From Candidatus Fermentibacterota bacterium (GTDB taxonomy: Bacteria; Fermentibacterota; Fermentibacteria; Fermentibacterales; JCC-6), in NCBI GenBank assembly GCA_963845085.1, contig CAWJQI010000005.1:384001-448000 (forward strand): DNA of 64,000 bases. Direction: 5' to 3'. Positions 1 through 9,568 of the stretch are shown here, one piece after another. Below the pieces are notes generated by a model. It saw nothing but the letters and a program-made list of their open reading frames with translations, was not told where the DNA came from and did no database searches. The translations under genes and the position numbers were made by a program. Position 1 is the first letter of the stretch. Each line of letters begins with the position of its first letter.

Positions 1-1
1 C

Positions 2-1068
2 ATTCTGTCGTCCGGTCCCGTGTTTACCACAGACACCCACGGCGTCTTCAACGAGGGGCTCCTTCACGGGATCACGACCGTGGGGATTGTGACCCTTCTT
101 TTCACCGCCGGGCTCGAGACCGACCTTAAAGGCTTTCTCAGATTCGCTCCGAAGGGCTTCGCGGTAGGGATGGGCGGCGCGATCCTGGGTTTTGCGGGCG
201 GCGCCCTTGCGGTGATCGCCGCAGGCGGAGGAACCGGCTTCAGCGATCCGAGGGTCCTGTCTTTCGGCGCGATCGCGGCGGCCACCTCGATCTCCCTGGC
301 TGCCAGGGTTTTCTACGACATGAAAAGAATAAACACACCCGAGGGGTCCGTCACCCTTTCAGCGGCTGTCATTGACGATGTGATAGGCCTCGTGATACTG
401 GCGGTCGTGGTCGGGATCCCCAGGGGGGAAGCGATACAGCAAGCGTTCTTCTGATCGTTCTGAAGGGGTTCGGCTTCTTCGTGGGGCTGCTGCTGCTGGG
501 CCTTCTCCTTCAGAAACAGCTGATGTGGCTGATATCCAAGATCGGCGACGAATCATCACAGGCGGCGTTCGCCCTTGCCATAGGCCTTCTGGCTGCCGGC
601 ATGGCCGAGTACTTCGGGCTGGCGCTGGTTGTTGGCGCATACGTCATGGGTCTTTCCCTTTCCGGAACCAGGCCCGCGATGCGCATCAGCGAGAAGCTGG
701 TACCCGTGAAGGAGCTTCTTGTACCCGTCTTCTTCTGCGTCACGGGCATGATGGTGGACATCCGATCAATGGGGTCCGTGCTTGTTTTCAGCGTGATCTA
801 CACACTTTTCTGCATGCTCGGCAAATTCGTGGGGTGTTCCATACCTGCAGCGGCATCCCGTCTAACAATGCGCCAGAGCGCCATAGTCGGAATCGGCATG
901 ATGCCAAGGCTCGAGGTGGGGCTTGTCGCAGCAAGCGTGGCCCTGCTCAACGGCATGATCACTTCGACCGACATGGCGGCTGCCATGGTGATGATAGTAG
1001 TGACGGCCGTCGTCACACCGCCCCTTCTCATCAAGGCGATGGGGGGCCGTCACCCGGTCAGCCGTTGA
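2..1068 (+). pseudogene. Cation:proton antiporter (CPA2/Kef family), 5'-truncated by window edge, frameshifted near 423-428
   Basis: ORF 20..454 (LLFTAGLETD, ATSISLAARV, AAVIDDVIG) and ORF 481..1068 (GAYVMGL, PVFFCVTG, GMMPRLEVGL) are the two halves of one CPA2 protein; one extra G in the G6 run fuses them. May be an assembly error. Confidence 0.8.
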
Positions 1069-2557
1069 AGAGGTTGTCCGATCCGAAGCTTGCATCGGTC
1101 GTCAGGTTTACGCCGATCCTTCTGAACCCTTCCTCGTCGCCGGGGGCGGGTATGTGGGTGATGTGAACCTCGGCGCCGCGAAGCCCCGGCAGACACTCCA
1201 GCGCCTCGAGGGTTGCAGGGCTGTTGGTGGCGCTGATCCCGAGAGCGATCAGGACCTCGTCCAGCGTGAGGCTTGTTCTAGAGCCCCCGAGCGTTTCCTT
1301 CAGGCGCCTGATCGAGGCGATCGTCTCGGGTGTCAGAAGGTGGATCCTGTCGGGTATCCCCGCCAGCCTCTTCATCGAGTTTATCACCACGGCGCTCGCT
1401 GCGGTCATGAGTTCAGAGTCCCTGCCGGTGAGTATCGTGCCGTCGGGCAGCTCGAGCGCGGCGCCCGTTCTGTGAAAGCCTGAAGGATCCTCGCCGCCCG
1501 CAGCCCTTGCCGGCAGCACCACGGCCCTGTACTCGTGGGAAATCCCGTGATCATCGAGCAGCAGCTCCACTTTCTGTAGTGTCTTCTCCTCGACAAGCCC
1601 CATGACGAACTCGCACCGGTACCTGAAGTACCTTCGCACCATCTCCTGCTTCGAAGCTTCACGCACGGCTTCATCGGAGACGATCCCGAAACCCACCCTG
1701 TTCACGCCCATGTCCGTTGGCGAGGCGTAGGGTGACGCCGACCCCGTTATTCGCTCGAGGATCCTTCTGACAAGGGGGAAGGCCTCGACGTCACGGTTGT
1801 AGTTCACCACCGGAACGCCGTAGGTCTCGAGATGGTAGGGATCGATCATGTTGATGTCGCCCAGTTCGGCCGTTGCCGCCTCGTATGCAGCGTTCACGGG
1901 GTGTTTCAGGGGCAGGTTGAAGACCGGGAAGGTCTCGAACTTGGCGTAACCCGAGTCAAGGCCGCGTCTATGATCGTGGTACAGCTGGGACAGGCATGTG
2001 GCCAGCTTGCCGCTTCCAGGGCCTGGACCGGTGACCACCACCAGGGGCCTGGTGGTCTCAATGTAGTCGTTCCTGCCGTATCCGTCGGGGCTTACAACAA
2101 GATCTATGTCTGTGGGGTAGCCTCTTGTGTAGGGATGGGAGTAGACCTTCACACCGCTTCGCTCGAGGCGCTTTCTGAAAATGTCGGCTGCCGGCTGCTG
2201 GGCGTACCGCGTTATCACCACGCCGCACACGGAGAGATCCCTGCGCCTGAGATCATCTATCAGCCTCAGCGCGTCGGCGTCGTAGCTGATGCCGAAATCT
2301 CCCCTGATCTTTCTTTTCTCGATGTCTCCGGCATGGATGCACAGGATGATCTCGGCCTTGTCACGCAGCTCCTGAAGCAGCCTGATCTTGACGTTCGGGT
2401 CGTATCCGGGAAGAACCCTGGAGGCATGGAAGTCGTACATCAGCTTGCCCCCGAACTCGAGGTAGAGCCTCCCGGAGAAGCGTTCCAGGCGTGATGCTAT
2501 GGCTCCGGTCTGCTCCTCGAGGTACTTTCCGTTGTCGAATCCTATGGGTTGTTGCAT
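1058..2557 (-). CDS. DUF1846 family protein (P-loop containing)
   Basis: LYLEFGGKL..D.HASRVLPG, GPGSGKLATCLSQLYH, YAKFETFP, YNRDVEAFP motifs; ATG at 2557 with a GGGGGAGAG RBS. Confidence 0.85.
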   Translation of the reverse strand: MQQPIGFDNGKYLEEQTGAIASRLERFSGRLYLEFGGKLMYDFHASRVLPGYDPNVKIRLLQELRDKAEIILCIHAGDIEKRKIRGDFGISYDADALRLIDDLRRRDLSVCGVVITRYAQQPAADIFRKRLERSGVKVYSHPYTRGYPTDIDLVVSPDGYGRNDYIETTRPLVVVTGPGPGSGKLATCLSQLYHDHRRGLDSGYAKFETFPVFNLPLKHPVNAAYEAATAELGDINMIDPYHLETYGVPVVNYNRDVEAFPLVRRILERITGSASPYASPTDMGVNRVGFGIVSDEAVREASKQEMVRRYFRYRCEFVMGLVEEKTLQKVELLLDDHGISHEYRAVVLPARAAGGEDPSGFHRTGAALELPDGTILTGRDSELMTAASAVVINSMKRLAGIPDRIHLLTPETIASIRRLKETLGGSRTSLTLDEVLIALGISATNSPATLEALECLPGLRGAEVHITHIPAPGDEEGFRRIGVNLTTDASFGSDNLFNG

Positions 2558-2577
2558 CGCTCTCCCCCGGGAATGCA

Positions 2578-2606
2578 TTCGGTTTCGGGGGATGCCCGAA
2601 ACCGAA
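2578..2606 (-). promoter_or_regulatory. 12-bp perfect stem-loop upstream of the DUF1846 gene (terminator or leader hairpin)
   Basis: TTCGGTTTCGGG-GGATG-CCCGAAACCGAA; no clear U-tract. Confidence 0.35.
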
Positions 2607-2806
2607 GATGCCGTGCTTGTGACCTGCCGTACCCCGTGACCCCCGCGGAGGTTGCTTTCAGGCCGCCCGTCGGGCTGTGCACCGAACTGCGTGCGGCGGG
2701 AATTCCGGACGCAATCCGCAGCTGCCGGGACCGCGGCAATCAAAGGAACTGCTGGCCCTCACACAACACCTTCCGGCAGGAATGTCAGGCGTGAATATAC
2801 AGGGAT

Positions 2807-4981
2807 CTACACCGCCAGGAACCAGGTCAGCTTGCCGTACACGCCAAGGTCGGGCGGGTTGAAACGACCCCCCTCCTCCTCGGTCCTGTTCTCGACAAGA
2901 AAGTAGAACATGCTGCCCGGCATGTACTGCCAGCTGAGAAGGGCGTTCGCACTGATGCCGCTGCTTTCTGATTCTCCCGTGAGGGAGTAATCCATGAGAA
3001 AGCGGGAGTACTGTGAGAAAAGCCTGATGCTCATGTCCGGTGTGAACATGTACGAGGCCCGGAGTATCAGCGAACGCCAGCGGCTGGACCTGCTGTCCCA
3101 ATCGTCGGCGTCCCAGTTGTAGTTCCATGTGTTGCAGGTCTCGAAGGTGTTTCCGGACAGGTTCAGATCGAGCGACTGGGTCGGTGTGACACTGAGCGCA
3201 AGGCTGTAGCTGTGGAACGATCCCTCGCAGTCGAACCCCCCGAATCCCGCGCTCCCGCTCACACTGAAGCAGTCGAACCTGTTCGTTCCCGCCCAGAGGT
3301 TTGCGCTTGTCCTGTCGCCGTACGTAACCCCTTCGGGGCCCTCGTAGGGATCGAATGTCTCACCGGAGTGGGTGACTTGGCCGCCCATGTAGGCACCGCT
3401 CTTCAGCGATACATTGGCTTCGAAGGTTCCCTCCGCACCGGTCTGCTCACCGGTGTCAAGCCTGGAGCAGGATCCGTAGGCGCTCACGCTCAGCTGGCTG
3501 AAGGTCTCCTCGGGCATGTACGTCTTGCTGATGGAACCCCAGCTGTTCCACCCCCCCGTCACGGTCGTGAAGCCTGTTCCGTTCACGTCGAAGGTTTCGC
3601 CTATTCTTTCCCACCCGGCGCTGTACGAAAGGGTGCTTCTCACTCTTTCAATGCTCGCGGCCCAGGCGTTTCCGTCTTCGATGCCTGTATTGAACGACCC
3701 GGCGAACGCCCCCCGGATCAGGTGATCGCCAGGGGCGAGAACAGCACCGTCGAGGGCAATCGCCCTGTTGTGTCCCTGATCGAAGCCGTCCTGCTCCCAT
3801 ACATCCCTGCTGACCGCCGAGATGCCGATGCTTCCGTACGAGCCGAACTCCCTGACCGTTCTGAACACCCCGAAGTTCGCCCCGGGAACCAAGGGAACGG
3901 TATCCTGGCTCACCCCTGCGGTGACGGCATCAAGAAAGCCGAACCGGAACCCGCCCCCGAGCGAGCCGGAGAGCTTCACACCCGCCCGTATCGGAACAAC
4001 GCCTCCGCCGGGTGCGGCAGCTCCAATCCTTCTGGAATAGAACATGTTGAAGGGCATCTCGAATGTTTCCTGCGATTCGAGGAAGAACGGTCTTCTTTCG
4101 TCGAGAAAGAGTTCGAAGTGCGAGAGGTTCATCTCCGCTGCGTCGGACTCCACCTGCCCGAAATCGGGATTGTAGGCCAGGTCTGCCACGATGTCGCTCG
4201 TAACGCCAAACTTTGCATCAACCCCTGCATCGAACTCGCTGTCCCACTCCCCGGGATCGGCAGGCCTCAAAGCCCTTGTGGACCCGTAGGGTCGGATCTC
4301 CGCGCCAAGGGAACCCCGGATGCCCGTGATCCCTTCAATTTGCGGAAAATTCTCAAGCTGGGCCATCTCCACGGAGGTTGAGAGCACGAACCAGCCGTTC
4401 TCCCTTGTCTTCCCGAGGATCCGCTGGAAATTCACCGTCCAGTTCTGGGCGGCTTCGGACGCGGGAAACCGAAGACAGCTGAAGGGGATTGCCATCTCGG
4501 CGGACCAGCCCCGGGGGTTGGTCGCCGTGGCGCTCTCCCACACAGCATCCCAGCTGTAGTCCCAATGCCCGTAGGGGCTGACCTTCGAATCCATCTGGGA
4601 ATTGGCGAGGCTCACCTCGAAGCTGGCAGCTTCCCTGCCGTTTCCCCAGGTGTCGAGGAGCACGGCTATCCACTCGCCCGTTACGTAATTGTCTCTTGGA
4701 GTGAGGGCTTCCATCATCGTTCGTGGATCGGGATCGTCCATCTGAAAGCCGAAGTAGATAAAGCGGTCATCGTAGACTATCATGACCTCGGTGTCTTCGG
4801 TCATGGGGCTGCCGTAGTCCGGTCCGTACTGCACGAACCGGCATGTGACGGCATTGGCGGATTCCCACGCGGGGTCGTTGAGAACTCCGTCGATGCTGGG
4901 ACCTTCGGGAACGCTTGAAGCCACGAGATCGGCCTGCCCCGTGGATGACAGAACCAGAAAAAGCATGGATAAGGCTGTCAT
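2807..4981 (-). CDS. CBM9-like sugar-binding domain / DUF5916 outer-membrane protein
   Basis: Signal peptide, IDGVLNDPAW, WSAEMAIPF, NPDFGQVESD, FLDERRPFFLE, YSRRIG; beta-barrel-like C-terminus. Confidence 0.8.
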   Translation of the reverse strand: MTALSMLFLVLSSTGQADLVASSVPEGPSIDGVLNDPAWESANAVTCRFVQYGPDYGSPMTEDTEVMIVYDDRFIYFGFQMDDPDPRTMMEALTPRDNYVTGEWIAVLLDTWGNGREAASFEVSLANSQMDSKVSPYGHWDYSWDAVWESATATNPRGWSAEMAIPFSCLRFPASEAAQNWTVNFQRILGKTRENGWFVLSTSVEMAQLENFPQIEGITGIRGSLGAEIRPYGSTRALRPADPGEWDSEFDAGVDAKFGVTSDIVADLAYNPDFGQVESDAAEMNLSHFELFLDERRPFFLESQETFEMPFNMFYSRRIGAAAPGGGVVPIRAGVKLSGSLGGGFRFGFLDAVTAGVSQDTVPLVPGANFGVFRTVREFGSYGSIGISAVSRDVWEQDGFDQGHNRAIALDGAVLAPGDHLIRGAFAGSFNTGIEDGNAWAASIERVRSTLSYSAGWERIGETFDVNGTGFTTVTGGWNSWGSISKTYMPEETFSQLSVSAYGSCSRLDTGEQTGAEGTFEANVSLKSGAYMGGQVTHSGETFDPYEGPEGVTYGDRTSANLWAGTNRFDCFSVSGSAGFGGFDCEGSFHSYSLALSVTPTQSLDLNLSGNTFETCNTWNYNWDADDWDSRSSRWRSLILRASYMFTPDMSIRLFSQYSRFLMDYSLTGESESSGISANALLSWQYMPGSMFYFLVENRTEEEGGRFNPPDLGVYGKLTWFLAV

Positions 4982-5062
4982 GACACCTCCTCAAAGCACC
5001 TTGGGTTGGAAACACAATAGTGCTAAAAGATGGTTTGTCAAGACAGGCGTGCCGACACAACG

Positions 5063-5078
5063 AAAAGCGGGGTCCCGC
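5063..5078 (-). terminator. Possible weak intrinsic terminator after the 5'-nucleotidase gene
   Basis: Minus strand GCGGGACCCCGC followed by TTTT just after the stop; short stem. Confidence 0.3.
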
Positions 5079-5079
5079 A

Positions 5080-6729
5080 TCAGTTTTCGGAGAAGAAAAC
5101 CCTTTGCTCCACCGGGCTCACGGTTCCGAGGAAATGAAGGTACTCCATCAGGATCTCGGCGTCGATGAAACCGGTGTCGGTCCAGGTGCGCCCCTTGAGG
5201 CTTCCGAACCCGTCGCCGCCGCCAGCCACGAACGAGTTGGTCACAACCCTGTAACTGGCAGCAGGGTCGATCGGTGCGTAAGTACCGTCGGCGCCTTTCA
5301 CTTCGATCGAGAGCACCCTGTGTCCGTCGACGGGGACTTTGGCAGCCTCGTACCGCATGCCCGCCACGTATGGGAACGTTCCGTCCGAACGGCCCTCGTC
5401 GAAGATCGTCGAAAGGGCCTCCTCGAACACCACCCGGATCTCTTCGCCGGAAAGGTCGAGCACAGCCATGGTGTTGCCGAAGGGAAGAAGCGTGTAGACC
5501 GTCCCGATCGTGATGTCCCCCCGGGGCACGTCGATTCTTACGCCTCCGGCGTTCTGAAGGGCTATGTCCGCATCCATGCCCATCAGGTCGGCTTTCCAGA
5601 GAAGGGCATCGCAGATGACCGGAGCGATTGCGCTGCCCCCGGGCAGGGCTCCCCCCGGTACCCTGGCGTTGGGCAGGTCGCTCTCCGCCCGGGCCAGAAC
5701 CTCACTCTGAAAGTCTTCGATTGCAGCGGTGTAGCTGTCAACGAGCTCCCCGACGACAGGGTCGGGCGTTGTGAACAGAAGCCCCGCCACAGCAGCTGTA
5801 CTGTCGCTGGTCAGGATGACCGGAGAACCGCGCCAGCCCGTCACCCTTCCTTCACTGTCGAAGTCAACGCCCAGTCTTCCGAGCATCACGGCGTAGCGCC
5901 AGGCCGTGACGACGAGCACCGTATCCCCGAGTGGACCCTCGACCACCGTTGGGTACTCGCCCCCGGATTCGAGCCCGAGGCCGGAGAAATCACCAAGGAA
6001 TGTGTGGGAGTGTCCCCCGACGATCACATCGACCCCCGGAAGAGTGGCTGCAAGTTCAAGGTCTTCCATGTAGCCGGCATGGGTGAGGGCCACGATCTTG
6101 TTGACGCCCTGCCGTTCGAGCAAAGCAACCGCGTTCATGCCCGCCTCGAGCATGGGTGTTGCCACGGTGTTCGCGGAAGGGCTGGAAACGCTTGCCAATT
6201 CCTCCGTGATGAGCCCGATCACCCCTATCCTTTCCCCGCCGGTCTCGATGATGACAACGGGCGCAACCCTTCCCGCGAGCAGGGAATCGCCCTCAAGCGA
6301 GAGATTGGCACAGACGACGGGAAAAAGAACCTCATCAAGAAGCGCTCTGAACCCGGCGCTTCCGCGGTCGAACTCGTGATTGCCAGGGGCCATGACATCG
6401 AGCCCCATCGAGTTGTACACCGCGGCATCGGCCTGCCCGCCGTAGACAGTGTAGAAGAGTGTGCCCTGGACCATGTCGCCGGCGTGCAGGAAAATCACGT
6501 TTTCTTCCGCCATCCTCGTCCGCCTGACCTCGGAGGCGATCAGCGCCACCCCCCCGGCCGGGATCCTTGTCGGTTCACCGGTCGAATCAAGGGAAACGGC
6601 GATGGAAAGGGGTTGGAGGTTAGAATGCGTGTCGTTCAGGTGAAGAATGTTTAGGGTGTAAGTGCTCTGCGCCGACAGCGTGGTGACCGCTGCAAGGATG
6701 AGGGTCGAAAAAGCTCCCGGGACTGCCAT
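5080..6729 (-). CDS. Secreted 5'-nucleotidase / NAD nucleotidase (metallophosphoesterase plus 5'-NT C-terminal domain)
   Basis: ILHLNDTHS, HAGD, GNHEFD, GGHSHT, NAGGVR, GGDGF motifs; signal peptide; ATG at 6729. Confidence 0.9.
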   Translation of the reverse strand: MAVPGAFSTLILAAVTTLSAQSTYTLNILHLNDTHSNLQPLSIAVSLDSTGEPTRIPAGGVALIASEVRRTRMAEENVIFLHAGDMVQGTLFYTVYGGQADAAVYNSMGLDVMAPGNHEFDRGSAGFRALLDEVLFPVVCANLSLEGDSLLAGRVAPVVIIETGGERIGVIGLITEELASVSSPSANTVATPMLEAGMNAVALLERQGVNKIVALTHAGYMEDLELAATLPGVDVIVGGHSHTFLGDFSGLGLESGGEYPTVVEGPLGDTVLVVTAWRYAVMLGRLGVDFDSEGRVTGWRGSPVILTSDSTAAVAGLLFTTPDPVVGELVDSYTAAIEDFQSEVLARAESDLPNARVPGGALPGGSAIAPVICDALLWKADLMGMDADIALQNAGGVRIDVPRGDITIGTVYTLLPFGNTMAVLDLSGEEIRVVFEEALSTIFDEGRSDGTFPYVAGMRYEAAKVPVDGHRVLSIEVKGADGTYAPIDPAASYRVVTNSFVAGGGDGFGSLKGRTWTDTGFIDAEILMEYLHFLGTVSPVEQRVFFSEN

Positions 6730-6754
6730 GAAACATCCCCCCTTGTATTTCGGA

Positions 6755-7255
6755 TCAGATCTCAGGCCAGAAGCCGTTCTCGAACCAGATGTCCTCCATG
6801 AGAGCCCTGTCCAGCCCGGCAAGGGTTTCCAGATGACCGTGCTCCCAGTCAGCCAGCCAGCCGAACAGCTGCCGCTCGACTTCGGAGCCGGCCTCAGCGG
6901 CCTTTTCCCTGTAGTACTTCTCCGCGGAGGCCTCAAGCGCCATTGCGGCGGAGATTGCGGCGGCTTCGAACCCGGAGGCCGTTATCTCATGCCTGACCCT
7001 TTCGGTGATGACCGCCCCGGAAATGTCAGCTGCCTCGCCGAACGAGGTTAAAGCGGCGAGCGTACCGTTCTGCACCAGCGATGAATAGTGAACGGCAAGG
7101 GCCTTCTCGTGGCGTTTCTCCTCTTCGGCCATGGTGGAGAAGACCTCCCTGACTCCAGCGCTCCCCGTCGACGACGCCACCCTTTCGTAGAACGCCATTC
7201 CCCTCCGCTCAAGAAGGATGGCTCCCTTGATGGCTTCAATCGCTCCCGTGCTCAT
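6755..7255 (-). CDS. Rubrerythrin/ferritin-like di-iron protein
   Basis: Two E..ExxH repeats (EEEKRHE, DWEHGHL) with FY/YY helices; ATG at 7255. Confidence 0.85.
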   Translation of the reverse strand: MSTGAIEAIKGAILLERRGMAFYERVASSTGSAGVREVFSTMAEEEKRHEKALAVHYSSLVQNGTLAALTSFGEAADISGAVITERVRHEITASGFEAAAISAAMALEASAEKYYREKAAEAGSEVERQLFGWLADWEHGHLETLAGLDRALMEDIWFENGFWPEI

Positions 7256-8333
7256 CCTGCACTCCCTTCGTTCCTGTTCCCCTTCTGGTGTAGTGAACGG
7301 GATCACCCCAATCATCGACCGCGACCACCCTGCCCGCCAGCCCCACCCTTCTGCCAAGGCAGGATCGGCACTCCTCCCGTCGCTCGTCGGTGCAGGGCTT
7401 GCCGTCGTAGAGAAGATAGTCCTTCCTGTACTCGCCGGGGGTCACGGAGGGCATCAGAACGTTCGCACCCCACGATATCCCCTTCTCCCTCCCTGTCGGG
7501 TCAAGGGCTTGAAGCGCCGTTGTTGCAGCTATGTTGGTGTCGACCGTGAGCAGCCTGGTAAGGCCTATCATCATGAGCGAAAGCCGCATCCTTTCTTCCG
7601 GGGAGGCGATCGGATCCGATCCCATCGGCGTGTCGTGATGGGGGATGAAAGGACCCATGCCGAACATGTCGAAATCGTGCGTGGTGAAGAAAATGAGATC
7701 GTCAGCAAGCATGGAGGCGGTCTGGCCGGGAAGGCCCACCATCACCCCGGTGCCCACCGCGAAACCCTCCTCCCGAAGGAGCCTGAGGCAGGCGAGCCTG
7801 CCTTCCAGTGACTGCTCCCGCGGATGAATCCTGCCGAAAAGGACCGGGTTGGTCGTTTCGATCCGGAGGAGGTAGCGGTGTGCGCCCGCATCCCTGAACC
7901 GCCGGTACGTCCCGCGGGACTGCTCCCCCACGCAAAGCGTTATCCCGATGCCTTTCGGCAGCCCCGGCGAGACAGTGCGGGCCTTGATGCTCCGCACCGC
8001 TTCCTCTACGAAATCCACAAAGGGCGCGTCCCGTCTTTCCCCCGACTGCAGCACCATCGAGCCGAAGCCGGCGCGGGCGCACCACTCCGCGGCTTCAACG
8101 ATTTCGGAAATTGTTGCCATGTACCTGCGCTGCATGGCATTGTCCCGGCGGATGCCACAGTAGCGGCAGTTGAGGGAGCAGATGTTGGAAAACTCGACGA
8201 GACCGCGGTAGTAGACCTTGTTGCCCAGTGTTGCGAGCGTGAGCTCCTCCGCCTGTCTGCGGATGTCCTCGAGGGTTGCGGCATCCCTGGTCTCGAGAAG
8301 CGATACGAGCCTTTCCCGGGAGAGAGCTGTCAA
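7236..8333 (-). CDS. hydE: [FeFe]-hydrogenase H-cluster radical SAM maturase HydE
   Basis: CSLNCRYC, VLQSGE, YLLRIET, C-terminal CX7CX2C; TTG start overlapping the hydF stop. Confidence 0.92.
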   Translation of the reverse strand: MTALSRERLVSLLETRDAATLEDIRRQAEELTLATLGNKVYYRGLVEFSNICSLNCRYCGIRRDNAMQRRYMATISEIVEAAEWCARAGFGSMVLQSGERRDAPFVDFVEEAVRSIKARTVSPGLPKGIGITLCVGEQSRGTYRRFRDAGAHRYLLRIETTNPVLFGRIHPREQSLEGRLACLRLLREEGFAVGTGVMVGLPGQTASMLADDLIFFTTHDFDMFGMGPFIPHHDTPMGSDPIASPEERMRLSLMMIGLTRLLTVDTNIAATTALQALDPTGREKGISWGANVLMPSVTPGEYRKDYLLYDGKPCTDERREECRSCLGRRVGLAGRVVAVDDWGDPVHYTRRGTGTKGVQDEHGSD

Positions 8334-9568
8334 TTGCCGCTCCTGAAAACGGCGAGCGCTTCGGGGAACGGGCCGAGCGCCCTCTCGAAAATGCCAAGGC
8401 TGTAGGCGATGGTCAGGCCGTAGTTGGTGAGGGGAACCCCAAAGGCGGCTGCCCTTTGAATCCGTGTGAGCATGGCCCTTCTGTTGAACATGCAGGCTCC
8501 GCAATGGATCACGAGGCGGTAGGACGAAAGGTCCAAAGGAAAATCCGCACCCCGTTGGAAGGTGAAATCGAGTTCCCCTCCGACAAATCCGGAGAGCCAT
8601 CCCGGGATCTTCACCGTGCCGATGTCTTCCCCGATCGGATGATGGGTGCAGGCTTCGGCCACGAGAATTCTGTCACCGGGCTTAAGGCGCCCGATCGTCA
8701 TCGCACCCCTTACCATGGATGCCAGGTCGCCCTGAAAGCGTGCGAACAGGATGGAGAAGGATGTGAGCGGTATGTCTTCGGGCGTATCCCGGGCAACCCG
8801 CGCGAAGGCCTGGCTGTCCGTCACTACTATCGCAGGCTTTGTCGTGAGATTGCCGAGCCCCTTCCGGAGATCACCCTCCTGAAGGACAAGTGCAAGCGAA
8901 TTGTTGTCCAGAAGGTCCCGGATCACCTGAACCTGGGGTAGTATCAGCCTGCCCTTCGGGGCTTCCTTGTCAATCGGAACGACGAGCACGGCGGTCCCGC
9001 CCCTTGGGACGAGGTCTGAAACGATGGCCTGCCTGTTCACGAAATCTTCGGGTGCAAGGCGGATCAGGGCTTCCCTCAGCTCGGAAAGGCCTTCGCCGGT
9101 CGCAGCGGAAACCGCAACCCAGGCAAGCCTCTTCCCATCCATTGCAGCTCCGAACGATTCCCCGGGCGGGCTGACATCCGTCTTGCTGCGAACCACGATC
9201 AAAGGCACCCCGGTCTGCCGGAACCCCTCCGCGAGCTCCTCCTCCCACTCCCCCCAGTTGTCGCGGTCCGTGACAAGAATGGCGAGGTCGGTGCCTTCCC
9301 TGACGCCGCGGGTCCGCTCGACCCTTTGTGCGCCGAGTTCCCCCTCATCGTCGAGACCGGCGGTATCGGTTACGATCACGGGTCCGAGGGGCAAAAGCTC
9401 CATGGCCTTCTTCACCGGGTCGGTCGTGGTTCCGGGCACATCCGACACGATCGAAACACGTTGGCCTGCAAGGGCGTTAACGATGCTTGACTTGCCGGCG
9501 TTCCTTCTGCCGAACACGCTGATGTGAAGCCTGAATGACCGGGGCGACCTGATGCTAGCAGTAGACAT
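8330..9568 (-). CDS. hydF: [FeFe]-hydrogenase maturation GTPase HydF
   Basis: GRRNAGKSS, DTAG, PKGRLILPQVQ, EACTHH and HCGACM Fe-S motif. Confidence 0.95.
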   Translation of the reverse strand: MSTASIRSPRSFRLHISVFGRRNAGKSSIVNALAGQRVSIVSDVPGTTTDPVKKAMELLPLGPVIVTDTAGLDDEGELGAQRVERTRGVREGTDLAILVTDRDNWGEWEEELAEGFRQTGVPLIVVRSKTDVSPPGESFGAAMDGKRLAWVAVSAATGEGLSELREALIRLAPEDFVNRQAIVSDLVPRGGTAVLVVPIDKEAPKGRLILPQVQVIRDLLDNNSLALVLQEGDLRKGLGNLTTKPAIVVTDSQAFARVARDTPEDIPLTSFSILFARFQGDLASMVRGAMTIGRLKPGDRILVAEACTHHPIGEDIGTVKIPGWLSGFVGGELDFTFQRGADFPLDLSSYRLVIHCGACMFNRRAMLTRIQRAAAFGVPLTNYGLTIAYSLGIFERALGPFPEALAVFRSGN

